A program made the position numbers and the translations under genes. The notes beneath the pieces were generated by a model. The model did no database searches. It was not told the DNA's origin and saw only the letters and a program-made list of their open reading frames with translations. Of a stretch of 34,965 bases of DNA, positions 10,146 to 21,585 are shown piece by piece. Location of the stretch: contig MU053561.1 of the NCBI GenBank assembly GCA_013239625.1, positions 1,242,826 through 1,277,790 on the forward strand, read 5' to 3'. The stretch comes from Lama guanicoe (taxonomy: Eukaryota). How positions within the stretch are numbered: position 1 is the stretch's first letter; each line of letters opens with the position of its first letter.

Positions 10146-11339
10146 GTGTTCCTGTCTTCAATGTTTATAAAACAGTATGCAATAATATTCTAAGAAGTTA
10201 TGTATTCTAATTAGTATAATTTCTCAGTTAAGTTATTTACAAGTAAATTCTAGCAAAGAAAATAGATCTGAAGCTAACTAGATAGTGGTTAAAAAAAAAC
10301 GAGAGTAAATATCATGTAGGATAAGAAACCAGAATATGCATTTGATACAAAATGAATTAGGGAAAAGAAAGAACCAAAGGAAAAAGAAGCAAGATAGAAA
10401 TCACCATGTTATGTTTCAAAATTTGAATCTAGTTCCAAGGTGGAGACATTCTCATGAGAATAGAGGGAAGCTACATTTAGAGAGAACTTTTTCCCTGAGC
10501 ATTTCAAATCCTCACACATAAAGCAGGTCAGTTCCAAAGCAGCAAGGAAATACGAAAAATGATGGGTACATTGAGGCTTTCAGTTTTCCCTGTACATAAA
10601 GTCAGGGAGCTTTTTCAGAAAACTTCAAAAACATTAGTAAAGGTCCTTGTAAGACTGTATCAAAACAGCCATAGACATCTTATGAATGAAGCTAAATGTG
10701 ATTTTTGAGGCAATGAAACTCTGACTCCTGGAATACAAATTGTGAAGCTTTGTCTCTGAAGGGAAGAAGTACACATAATATTCACCGAGGCATGGAAATA
10801 TTCAGAAATTTGGTTAAGAGACAAGAGTTTAAATAGTGAAGAAGAGTCCCCAATTTGGGCCTACGTCTTATTGTTCTGAAATTTGTTAAATTTCAGCTCA
10901 TTTGTTATGAATTTATTATGGAATCTAAGTGGATAACAGATGCACTTTTGTCTCCCCATGTATATTACATAATTTTGGTTTACTTTAAAGCTCCATCACA
11001 TATGTGAAGAGAGAGGCTAACATTTTTGCACCATGAATCGCAACATCTGTTGTTGCTTCCTCAACTGGAAGAACCAGATTTTAGGGACAATCCAAGTATA
11101 AGTTAAAGGCAGGTAGCTGTATTTTACATGTTGTTAATGGTGAATCATCCCCAAAGTGATATTTGTCACTTATTGTTGATATCCTGATCTTTGAAAGAGA
11201 TGCTATGGTTATTTTAATGTTCTATATCTAGATTTATTTTCAAATAACTATGTTATGCTCCTCTATGCTGAAAATCATCTTCTGTACCATTTTCTTAGTG
11301 CCAGCTCAGAGATGGACTCATTCACCATGCTGTCTTTCT

Positions 11340-12510
11340 TCAACAAAACACTAGAAAAGCGACTCCAACAATACATGAAAACTGACTCCAACAACACATT
11401 TAAAGGATCATACACCATGATCAAGTGGGATGCAAGGATTTTTCAATGTCCACAAATCAATCAATGTGATACACCACAGTAACAAACTGAAAAGTAAAAA
11501 CAGTATGATCATCTCAATAGATGCAGAAAAAGCTTTTGATAAAATCCAACATTTCTGATATAAACTCTCCAGAAAGTGGGCAGAGAGGGAACATACCTCA
11601 ACATAATAAAGGCCATATATGACAAACTCAGAGTTAACATCATACTCAGTGGTGAAAAGCTGAAAGCATTTCTTCTGAAATTAGGAACATAATAAGGATG
11701 CCTGCTCTCACCACTTTTATTCAACATAGTTTTGGAAGTCCTAGCCACAGCAATGTGAGGAGAAAAACAAATAAAAGGAATCCAAATTGGAAAGTAAGTA
11801 GTAAAACTCTGTCACTGTTTGCAGATGACATGATACTATACATAGAAAATCCTAATGCCACCAGAAACCTACTAGAGCTCATCAGTGAGTTTGGTATCGT
11901 TGCTAGATACAAAATTAATATACAGAAATTTGTTGCATTTCTATACACTAATAATCAACTATCAGAAGGAGAAATTAAGGACACAGTCCCATTTACCATC
12001 ACATTAGAAAGAATAGGATACCTAGGAATAAACCTACTAAGGAGGCAAAAGACCTGTGCTCAGAAAACTGTGAGATGCTGATGAGAGAACCTGAAGACAG
12101 CACAAAGAGGTAAAGATATACCATGTTCTTGGATCAGAAGAATCAGTATTGTTAAAATGACCGTACTAACACAAGGCAATCTACAGATTAGATGCAATCC
12201 CTATCAAATTACAAATGGCATTTTTCACAGAAGAATTAAAAACTTTAAAATTTGTATGGAAACACAAAAGACCCTGAGTAGCCAAAACAATCTTGAGAAA
12301 GAATGGATCTCAAGGAATCACGCTGTCTGACTTCAGACTATACTACAAAGCTACAGTAATTAAAACAGCATGGTACTGGCACAGAAACAGAGACATAGGT
12401 CAATAGAACAGGATAGAAAGCCCAGAAATAAACCCACACACTTACAGTCAATTAATGTATGACAAAGGAAGCAAGACTATATAATGGAGAAAAGACTGTC
12501 TCTTCAGTGG
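11340..12510 (+). mobile_element. LINE-1 ORF2 fragment (reverse transcriptase region), truncated at both ends and frameshifted
   Basis: ORF 11698..12081 contains [36 protein letters not shown]. Also ctcaatagatgcagaaaaagcttttgataaaatccaacat and gacttcagactatactacaaagctacagtaat. Confidence 0.95.
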
Positions 12511-14397
12511 TTACTTTAAAAACATGAGCTATTGGCCAGGTATTGCCCTAGGGTTGGGGCTAAAGAGGAATAAGACAACTTTTCTATCTTCAAGGGGCTA
12601 GAGTTGAAGAGAGAGGGGGAAAGGAGTGATGCAAAGCCACTCCTAGTAAGATATCTAGGTTGGGGTACAAGTGACAGGGTAGCCTGAAAGCTTGAATATG
12701 CTGAACTTGGGAAGATGATTGAGAGAGAGAAATTTTTATGATTTTCTGATTTCTGTTTTGGAAAACATTGGTTAGATAGTTTTTACAGTCCAAAAATGAG
12801 GAGAATGCAGAGCTAGGTGGTGGGTCAGCTCTGTAAGCAGCTGCCTAAGACATCAATCTATAAAAGATACTAAAATATCACTGTCATAAATCATAGCTAT
12901 GGTGCCAGTTAATAACTCGTGTTTCCACATGCAGCCACTTAAATTGATGTTTTCCGGGTAAACTGGTCCCACTATTAGTAAACTCAATAGCACGTGGAAG
13001 AAAAAGGATGCTACCTCTTTCTTCTGAGGAATGATGGGAAGCATGCATTCAAGTTGCAAGGGGTAGCTACGCATCTTGTCCCCAGACCTGAGAGCAGCCA
13101 GGAGTCCCCTGAGGCCAGTACCTACTGTCAGCTACAATTCTGAGCTTAACTAAAGTAGGCAGGGTGCTGTTTACCTGGAACATGTGATTTATTACCTCTG
13201 TTTGTCTGAATAAACTTTAAACATCTTCGAACACTCGTCAAGGGGTTGACTGGTTAATAAGAACTAAAGAAAAGAAGGGAAGACTTACCAAGACTTTTAA
13301 AATTTCAGAACTTGTTCTATGCTTTGATGAATGGAAGTGAATTCATGAATCTGTGTCTCCTAGTAGGAATTTGCTCGAATTTAAAGTGAAAAATAAAACA
13401 ACACTCAACCTCTGCTATATCAGAAAATTACTTTCAAGATTTTGTTACTGGAAGCTATTGATTGGAAGTGTTCTTTTTGCAGAACTGACACTACAGCACA
13501 CACAGCAAAATACTTGACTAATTGCTGACATTGCTATAATCTTGCTAGGTGGCCTAGTGCACTAAATTTCACAGTATGAAACCAAATTATATTGCAGGGA
13601 AAATTTACAAAAATGAACAGTGGGTTTATTTGTCCTCAAGATTCTATTTATAACAGATTCTCTGTTTCAAATATTATAGGAGAAGGGCTAAGGAATTTTA
13701 TTTGTAAATCTGGCTTGTGGTTTTAGAAGAATTTAGCATGGCTCATTAAGATGAATTTACCTACAATCTTGTACAGATTTTAGATGGACAGCACATTCAT
13801 TGACATGTTAATAAAGTTTATTTCCATAGTAATTTGGTTTACTTTAAAACTCTATCACATGTGTGAACAGAGAGTCTGACCTATTGAGTCTAGAAACACC
13901 CATGTCAAATAACATCTGTTTTATTTGACATTATCTATTTAAAATGTTACTACTTAAAAAGTGTCCATAACATACTTTGCTGACTTATAAATCAGAAAAT
14001 TAAAACTTTAAAATATATTTTTAAAAGTCTCTAACCATATCCACGGAAGTGAAACTTCATCCTTACCAACAGGTCATATATTTTAGGGTGATGAAAACTG
14101 AAATGAAGGACAGTTTCAAAAAAATCAAAATGTTTTATTTTGTCAAGGGATATAGTAAATCCCTTTATTATAAAGATGTAATGTAGATATAATGTTCTCC
14201 CACTATCTAATTAAATATTGAACAAATAACTAAAAAAAAAATCAATCTGAAGGAGTCTGAATATTAGCCTATCTGATGTTAGTTAGACTGAGAAAAGCCA
14301 ATTTTTGGAGAGGTGATAAATCAAATTTTGGACATGCTAGATTAGAGACACTCAAAGGACATCAAAATGAAGACATCAAAAATTTGTATAACACTAG

Positions 14398-14625
14398 GAC
14401 AGCATAATGGTTGACAACATGAACTTTGGAGCCAGACTCTCTGAGTTCAGTTCCTTGCCTTGTCAATTACCAGTTACGTGACTTGGGGCAAGTGATATAA
14501 CCTGTTAGTGGCTCAGTTTCTCTCATCTATACCAACCTTTTGGATTGTTATGGGATTAAATTAACATTACTAAAGCTCAGTGTATAGAACACAGAAAAGC
14601 ACTATTTAAGTATTTGTTAAATAAA
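14398..14625 (+). mobile_element. MIR SINE
   Basis: actttggagccagactctctgagttcag, gtgacttggggcaagtgatataacctg, ctcagtttctctcatctat. Confidence 0.85.
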
Positions 14626-15201
14626 TATGTGGGATCTAGAACTTGGAAGTGAGATCTCGGCTGCAGGTAGGAAATTGAAAGCTACTGCTATACAGTGGTA
14701 GCTAAAACTCTGAGACAATGAAGAATAGCATTGACTAGGATTATTAGGTCAAGTGACAGAAGTGGGCCAAGGACAGAATCTTCAGGACCACTAACATTTG
14801 AGGAGTAGCTATAGCTAGTAGATTCAGTAAAGGAAATCAATAAGGAAAAGCCATAGAAAGGAAGACACTAAGAGAGGGTATGAGGTCAGAATTCATAGAA
14901 GTAAAGAATGGAAATGGAAATAGCCCACAGTGTCAGATGCCACACAGAGACACTGAAAAGTGCCTATTGGATTTAGCATTTTGAAAATCGTAGTTATTTG
15001 ATGGAATGGGTTCAGCTGAGTGAGGGATTGGGGCTAAGACAGATTTCTGAGGACTGACTAGTGGGAGAGAGTATGAGAAAGTGGAGACAAAAGTGTAAGC
15101 AGTTGGGAGGAGCTTGCTAAGAACAGAAGCAAGGTAGCAACTAGAAGGGAATACTGGATCGTGGTAGTATTCATTTTCTTTTTATTCATTCAGTCATTCT
15201 T

Positions 15202-15274
15202 TTTTTTTTTAATTGAAGTATAGTTAGTTACAATATGTCGATTTCTGGTGTAGAGCACAATGTCCCGGTCATGC

Positions 15275-15305
<31 letters not shown>

Positions 15306-15651
15306 TGTTTTCATATTTTTTTAGTTAAAGGTTAGTACAAGATATTGAATATAGCTCCCTGTGCTAGGCAGCAGAAACTTTAAAAAAAACCCTATTTTTA
15401 TATATAGTGGCTAACATTTGTAAATCACAAGCTCCCAAATTTATCCCTTCCCACCCCCTTTCCCTTGTACATAAGATTGTTTACTATGTATGCGAGTCTG
15501 TTTCTGTTTTGTAGATGAGCTCATAGTGCTCCCCCCCTTTGTTTTTTAGATTCCACATATGAGTGATACATGGTATTTTTCTTTCTGGCTTACTTCACTT
15601 AGAATGGTGATCTCTAGGTTTATCCATGGTTCTGCCAATGACATTATTTTA
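15202..15651 (-). mobile_element. 5'-truncated LINE-1 3' end with poly(A) and 15-bp TSD
   Basis: Poly-T followed by aattgaagtatagt. tagattccacatatgagtgata encodes the ORF2 end ([19 protein letters not shown]). TSD CATTCA(G/T)TCATTCTT at 15187-15201 and 15652-15666, with a TT/AAGA site on the minus strand. Confidence 0.92.
15281..15306. repeat. (AT)n microsatellite inside the L1 3' UTR
   Basis: Read directly. Confidence 0.9.
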
Positions 15652-16232
15652 CATTCATTCATTCTTAAATGAGAGGGTCTTGGGGCTGTATATGGTGTAT
15701 GTGGAAGGTGATAATAGAAAGAGAATGTAACTGCTAGAGCAAAGTCCTGAAAGAGACAGGAAGGGATCTGATAAAGAGCACAGGGAGTTAGGTGTTTTGT
15801 TCTGAATAGGAGAAAGAACCTGTTCTTTGAAACTAAAGGAAGAGGAAGAAAGGATGCAGGTAAGTTTGGGGGTGGGAAGCTGCAGGAGTTCACATCTCAT
15901 CAGCAGCACATTGCCTCGGTGCTAGTGGAGGGCAGTCCTCCCCAGGCTGAGACACAGGGCTGCGATCAGCGGCTTCCCCTGGGTTGCTGGACCAGGGCAC
16001 AGGTACGTGCCGCTACTGTTGAGGAGGTGAGCCGACTCTGAGGCTAGATTGTCAGAAGAGTGATCCACACACACGGTGAGGTTGCCAGTGACGATGGCAG
16101 GAGTTGTAGTAGAAAGTGAGACAAGCAGATGACAGCACTGAGGAGTGGCAGAGGGTGGCATAGCCAGGTCATACAAGCTTGAAAGGAGGAAGGGTTTCTG
16201 TATGGAGGTGGAAGCATTCACATCTTCAGGGT

Positions 16233-16732
16233 TGTGCTGGTTATTCTCTGTTTGTTCCTTCCCCCATAAAACCAGTCCTCACACACACTGAACCAGCATG
16301 GGGACCAAGAAGGCTGACACCTAAGGCCTGTGTCACCTGGGTGCCCTTCTGACTGGCTTGTAAGTGGGTTTGACCAAAGAAGGGCATGAGAAGGAGACTG
16401 GAGTACAAAAGAAGAGACGGGTTGCCCTATTTCTTCCCTGCTCGCTCCTTTATTTCAGCAACATTTCCGGTTGTAGCTGAGTCCTTCCCAGACTACAGCT
16501 ACGGAGAGTAACCCTTCCCTGACATCTTAGGCTCTCACTAGGTTCTGTAAAAACGTTCCTTTTCTTTGCCTCTTTACCTCTAGGGATGGTAATGCCTTTC
16601 CATTTTTGCGGATCTCTGCATTTCTTAATGTTCCTTATTTCACTCCATAATCTGCGTACTTCTCTGTAAGTAGTCATTTCATTTAGGCAGCACAAGTTCA
16701 TTCTTTGGCCTGCTGGGCCCCTCAGTGATACA
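16233..16732 (+). mobile_element. ERVL solo LTR (LTR33-like)
   Basis: About 500 bp with TG...CA termini. Motifs ttctctgtttg, gaaggctgac, tgggtttgaccaa, ctagggatggtaatg, tgtaagtagtcatttcatt, ending gcccctcagtgataca. Confidence 0.75.
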
Positions 16733-17325
16733 AGAGGCAGACAGGAGTTGTGAGGAAGCATTACTTGGGGGTTGCAAGTATATGAAGTAGGGGAGAACCA
16801 GTATCTTCCACACTGGGGGTGTGCAGGAGAAACGAAGTCACTGAGCTGTTCCAGGAAAAGCCAGAGAAAGACTTCATATTAAGCTGAACACTTGCTAAGG
16901 AGTAACAAGAACAAAGTTTTTAGGTTTCTGTCTAAATCTTGGGTTGAGAGAGGCAGAAATAAGAAGTGGCTACTCTAAAAGTAGAAAGCCAAGGAAAAGC
17001 AAATAGTGCTGTACGGGTTAAAACAAAAATGAAGAGTAATGACATAACTGAAAAACAGAAGGGAATAAGAACCATCAAATATTTGAAGAGAATTAACAAC
17101 AGGTGGTCTTAATCTGCTCTGGGGTGGGAACTGGAAATTGTCTATTTTGTTTATCATAAGCAAATTATTTTGGCCAGAGACCAGAGTTAATTTTCTCCCT
17201 TCTTTGTTTGCTCAGGTTTCCCAGCCAGCGGGTTATTGTGAAAAGCTGTTCCAGTGTTTTCAGGCCTCTTGAACTCAAGAATGACAATAGAGTTGGGCTT
17301 TGGGTACCGAATGACAGGATATAGC

Positions 17326-17346
17326 AAAAAAAAAAAAAAAAAAAAA
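17326..17346 (+). repeat. A21 homopolymer
   Basis: Read directly. Confidence 0.9.
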
Positions 17347-17629
17347 GCCTTTACTGTAAAACACTGGTGACAGATCAGTAGAAAGGTAGTCAGTGTAGGA
17401 AGAGAGGGAAAGGAATTGAGAGTTACTAGTGCATTTACCTTCTCTTTCTTTTTTCTATAAAAGCAGTAGGCAAAGTTTTATTTTAATTTTTTAACTTTGG
17501 TGAGAGAGAAGCAAAATAAATGTGGAAGTACTATCAAACATCTATGCTTCTATTAGCCAGAGGTAGTGTATGTAAGTATTTTGCCATTGTTGCTTCAGAT
17601 ACAATATTTTGAGGTTTTTCCTTAGATAC

Positions 17630-20600
17630 ACTTTATATGTACCTATTGGCCATTTGTATGTCTTCTTTGGAAAAATCTCCACCCATTTTAATTGGATTAT
17701 TTTTTTTCTATTGAGTTACGTTACTTCCTTAAATATATTGAATATTAACCCCTTATCAGTTAAATGGTTTGCAAATATTTTATCCCACTCTGTAGGTTGC
17801 CTTTTCACTTTGTTGATTGTTCCTTTTGCTGTGCAGAAGCTTTTTAGTTTGATGTGGGTCCCACCTAATAACGTTTTTGCTTTTGCTGCTTGAACTTTTG
17901 ATGTCGTAACCAAAAAATCATCACCAAGACCAATGCCAAAGAGCTTACTCCCTATGTTTTCTTGTAGAAGTTTTATAGTTTCAAGTCTTACATTAAGTGT
18001 AGAGTCCATTTCAAGTTCATTTTTGTCAGTGGTATAAGATAGGTGTCCAGGTTCATTCTTTTGAATGTTTATCCAGCTTTCCCAGCAGCATATGTTGAAG
18101 AGACTGTCCTCTCCACATTGACTCCTTTGTCAGAATATTAGTGTTGGCCATGTATGTGTATGTTTATTTTTCTGAGTTGTCTCTTCTGTTTCACTGATCT
18201 ATGTGTCTATTTTTATGTGAGTACCATACTGTTTTAATAACTATAACTTTGTAATACAGCTTGAAACCAGGAAGTTCTAAGGATTTTCTTCATAGAAGGT
18301 CATATCATCTGCAGTAAGAGACAATATTACTTCTTTCATTCTGATTTGGATGCTTTTTTTTTTCTTGCCTAATTGCTTTGGCTGGAACTTCTACTAATCT
18401 GTTGAATAGGAGTGGTAAGGGTAGGTCCCCTTGTCTTACTCCTGATCTTAGAGGAAAAGGTTTCAACTTTTCACCATTAAGTATGATGTTAACTGTGGGA
18501 TTGTTTTATATGGCCCTTATTATGCCAAGGTATGTTCCATCTATTCCTAGTTTGTTGAGTTTTTATCATGATGTTGAATTTTTTTAAATACTTTTATTGC
18601 ATCTATTGAGTTGATCATACGATTTTTATCTTTCATTCTATGAATGTGTTGTATCACAGTGATTGACTTGCATCTGTTGAGCCATCCTTACAATCCAGAG
18701 ATAAATCCAACTTGATCATGGTACATAAACTTTATTGTGCTGTTGAATTTGATTTGCTAGCATTTTGAGGGTATTTTTGCATCTATATTCGTCAGGGATA
18801 TTGTTCTGTAATTTTTTCTGTTTGCCTTTGGTATCAGGGTAATGCGGGCCTCATAAAATGAGTTTGGGAGTATTCCTTTATTTTCAGTTTTATGGAAGAC
18901 TTTGAGAAGGATTGGAATTAATTTATCTTTAAATGCTTCATAGAATTCATCAGTGAAACCATGTGGTACTGGGGTTTTCTTTGCTGAAAGTTTTTGGTCA
19001 CTGATTCAGTCTCCTTACTAAAAATTCTTCTGTTCAGATTTTCCACTTTTTCATGATTTAGTTTAGTTATTTATAGGCCTCTAGAAATTTATCCATTTCT
19101 TCCAGTTTTTGATATAAAGCCTATTTCGTGTGAAGTAAGCATAGCAACCTTACTCTCCTCTGGTTTCCATTTGCATGAAGTTTTTTTTTTTTCCTACCCC
19201 TTCATGTTGAGACTATATGTTTTTAAAGCTGAAATGAGACTCCTGTAGGGAGTATATTGTTGCTTTTTTTTTTAATTATTCAGGTACCCTATGCCTTTTG
19301 ATAGGAGAATTTAAACCCTTTATATTCAAAGTAATTATTGTTAGGTAAAGACTAATACAATCTTATTGTTTTATGGCATTTTGTAGTTCCCTTGTTTTTT
19401 TACTCCTCTTTTGCTTTGTTTGATTTCCTTCCCTTTAGCTTTTGTGTATATGTACTGTAGGTTTTTGCTTTGTGGTTACCATTAGGCATGCATAAAATAT
19501 CGTACGGATATAATCCTCTATGTAGTAACAATTAAACTTAAGTTACATACAAAAACTCTATCCTTTTATTATCCTCCACCTTTCAAAATTTTATATTTTA
19601 TTGTGCAACTGCTATCTTTTTATATTGTCTATGCATTCACAAATTATTATAGCTATATTTATTTTTATAGTTTTGTCCTTTATCCTTTATACTAAAGTGC
19701 TTAACATACCACCAGATTACAGTCTTACAGTATTTTTAATTTGACTGTATACTTACCTTTACCAGTGTGTTTTATATTTCCATGTGTTTTCCTGTGGGTG
19801 ATTCACATTTGTTCATTTCATCTTAAAGATCTCTTTCCAGCGTTTCTTGTAAGGCAGGTCTAGTGGTGATGAATCCCCTCAGCTTTTGGTTTTTTGGGAA
19901 AGTCTTTATCTCTTCTACATTTCTGAAGGAGTACTTTGCTAGATAAAGTATTCTTGTTTGACAGGTTTTTTTCCCCGAACTTTTAGCAGTTTGAATATAT
20001 CATTACACTCTTTCCTGTCCTACATGGTTTCTGTGGAGAAACCAACTTTCGCACTGTATGTGAGAAACTTTTTTCACTTGCTGCTTTTGAAGTTCTTTCT
20101 TTGTCCTGGATAATAGTTTATATAATGTGACTTGGAGAATATTGTTTTGGGGTTGAAATTTTGGGGTGACCTATTAGCTTCTTGAACTTGGATGTCCATA
20201 TCTCTCCCCAGATTTGGGAAGTCAGCTATTATTTCTTTAAATAAGTTTTCTGTACCTTCCTCTCTCTCCTGTTTTTGAGGATTTCAAAAATGCATAGATT
20301 GTGTATTCTACTTCACATATTCTTTCTTCTGCTTGATCCAGTCTCCTATTGATACTTCGTATTGCATTTTTAAAATTTTCACTCATTGTATTCTTCGGCT
20401 CTAGAATTTGCTTGGATCTTTCTGGTGATTTCTATCTCTCTGTAAACTTTTCACTTTGTTTGTATATTGTTTTCCCAATTTCATTGACTTATCTTTTTAT
20501 GTTTTCTTGTAACTCACTGAACTTTCTTAAAATAACTGTCTCAAGTTACTTACTGGGAAATTCGTACATCTCCATATCTTTGGGGTTTGTTACTCGAAAA

Positions 20601-21585
20601 TTATGATTTTGCTTTGGTGATGTTATGTTTATTTGATTTTTCATGCTCTTGAAGTCTTACACTGCTGTCTTTGCATCTGAGAAAGCACCACCTCCTCCAG
20701 TCTTTACTAACTGGCTTTGGGGGAGAAATACATTCCATAAGCTTTATTAGGGATTCTGAGGCTTTCTCAAACTTTTTCTATGGGAAAGACTGCTCCACAC
20801 TTTTTGTTCCTTCTTAATCGGGGGATTCTTAAGCTTGTATGCGTTCTCTTGATCCTAACAAAACAGGCTGGGTGCTGACACCCTCCCTTTTAGTTTCCAT
20901 AGGGTTGTGTTGAATGCAAAAGTTTGTGTGGTTTCTCTCAGTCCTGCCAAGTTGGGCCAGTTTTCTGTGCATGCTCACTGGCCATCTACAAATGTTTGCT
21001 CTTGCTCCTCATAAGAGCAGGCACACACAGCTGACCAGGGTGTACAGAGGTGTGTAGATGAGGCATGAAAATCTTTGGGGGAGCATGTGGGTCAGTTAGA
21101 GATATCCACAGTTGAGGTCTCCCCAGCAGCTTATGGGGGTGCTTCGTGATGAAGTCTGTGACAATGTTAGTAGAATATGCATCCCTTTGATGGCTTCAAA
21201 AGCTCTCCTAGCCACCCCTTGCCCTTTAGTCATGCAGCACGCCTCAGTATTCTGGACAGGGCAAGAAAGAATTGTATCTCTTTGGCAGTGACCTGTATAG
21301 CAGAGGAAGCTGGGCATTTATTTACATGCTCTCACTTTCCCCCATGGCAGATATCATGGGCTGAGAAAGTCTCTCTTGACACTTAGCTGTGTTGCCTTGG
21401 GGGAGGGGTGATGCAGGTAAAGTAAAACTGTTCCTTTTATCCTCTTCTCAGAAGTTTTTGCTCCCATGTTTTCCACTGGACTCCTGGACTTCCACAGAGG
21501 CTCTCTTCTCTGTAGGTGAATGTCTAAATTGTGTTCTTTAAGAGGCAGATGGGAGAAAACTTTTATTCTGTAATGATGATGGTGT
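17630..21585 (-). mobile_element. Old LINE-1 with 5' UTR, ORF1, inter-ORF spacer and internally deleted ORF2; 3' end missing
   Basis: ORF 17716..18009 reads LNVRLETIKLLQENIG..HIKLKSFCTAKGTINKVKRQPTEWDKIFANH. RT region at 18280-19100 and endonuclease start at 19105-19370. ORF1-like antisense motifs (tttcttgtaaggcaggtctagtggtgatgaatcccctcagcttt; ctctccccagatttgggaag). More GC-rich putative 5' UTR at about 20700-21585. Confidence 0.88.

Larger units (their letters stand above)
14290..16220 (-). mobile_element. Long degenerate LINE-2, interrupted by a MIR (14398-14625) and an L1 (15202-15651)
   Basis: Purine-rich antisense L2 motifs (tttggacatgctagattagag, gccaaggacagaatc, acagtgtcagatgccacacagag, gtgcctattggatttagca). 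ORF 15922..16221 reads LSTTTPAIVTGNLTVCVDHSSDNLAS, resembling the L2 endonuclease GDFNIHVD motif. Confidence 0.75.

Noticed and set aside
10790..10850. RDKSLNS peptide reminiscent of the IFIT1 C-terminus
   Set aside because: Seven-residue coincidence; the flanking translation does not continue the similarity.
10940..11340. Olfactory-receptor-like snippets (LPMYI; YHFLSASSEMDSFTMLS)
   Set aside because: No DRY motif, wrong spacing and no further transmembrane motifs; consistent with chance.
17326..17346. A21 run as the tail of another retrocopy
   Set aside because: No recognisable upstream element, poly(A) signal or TSD.
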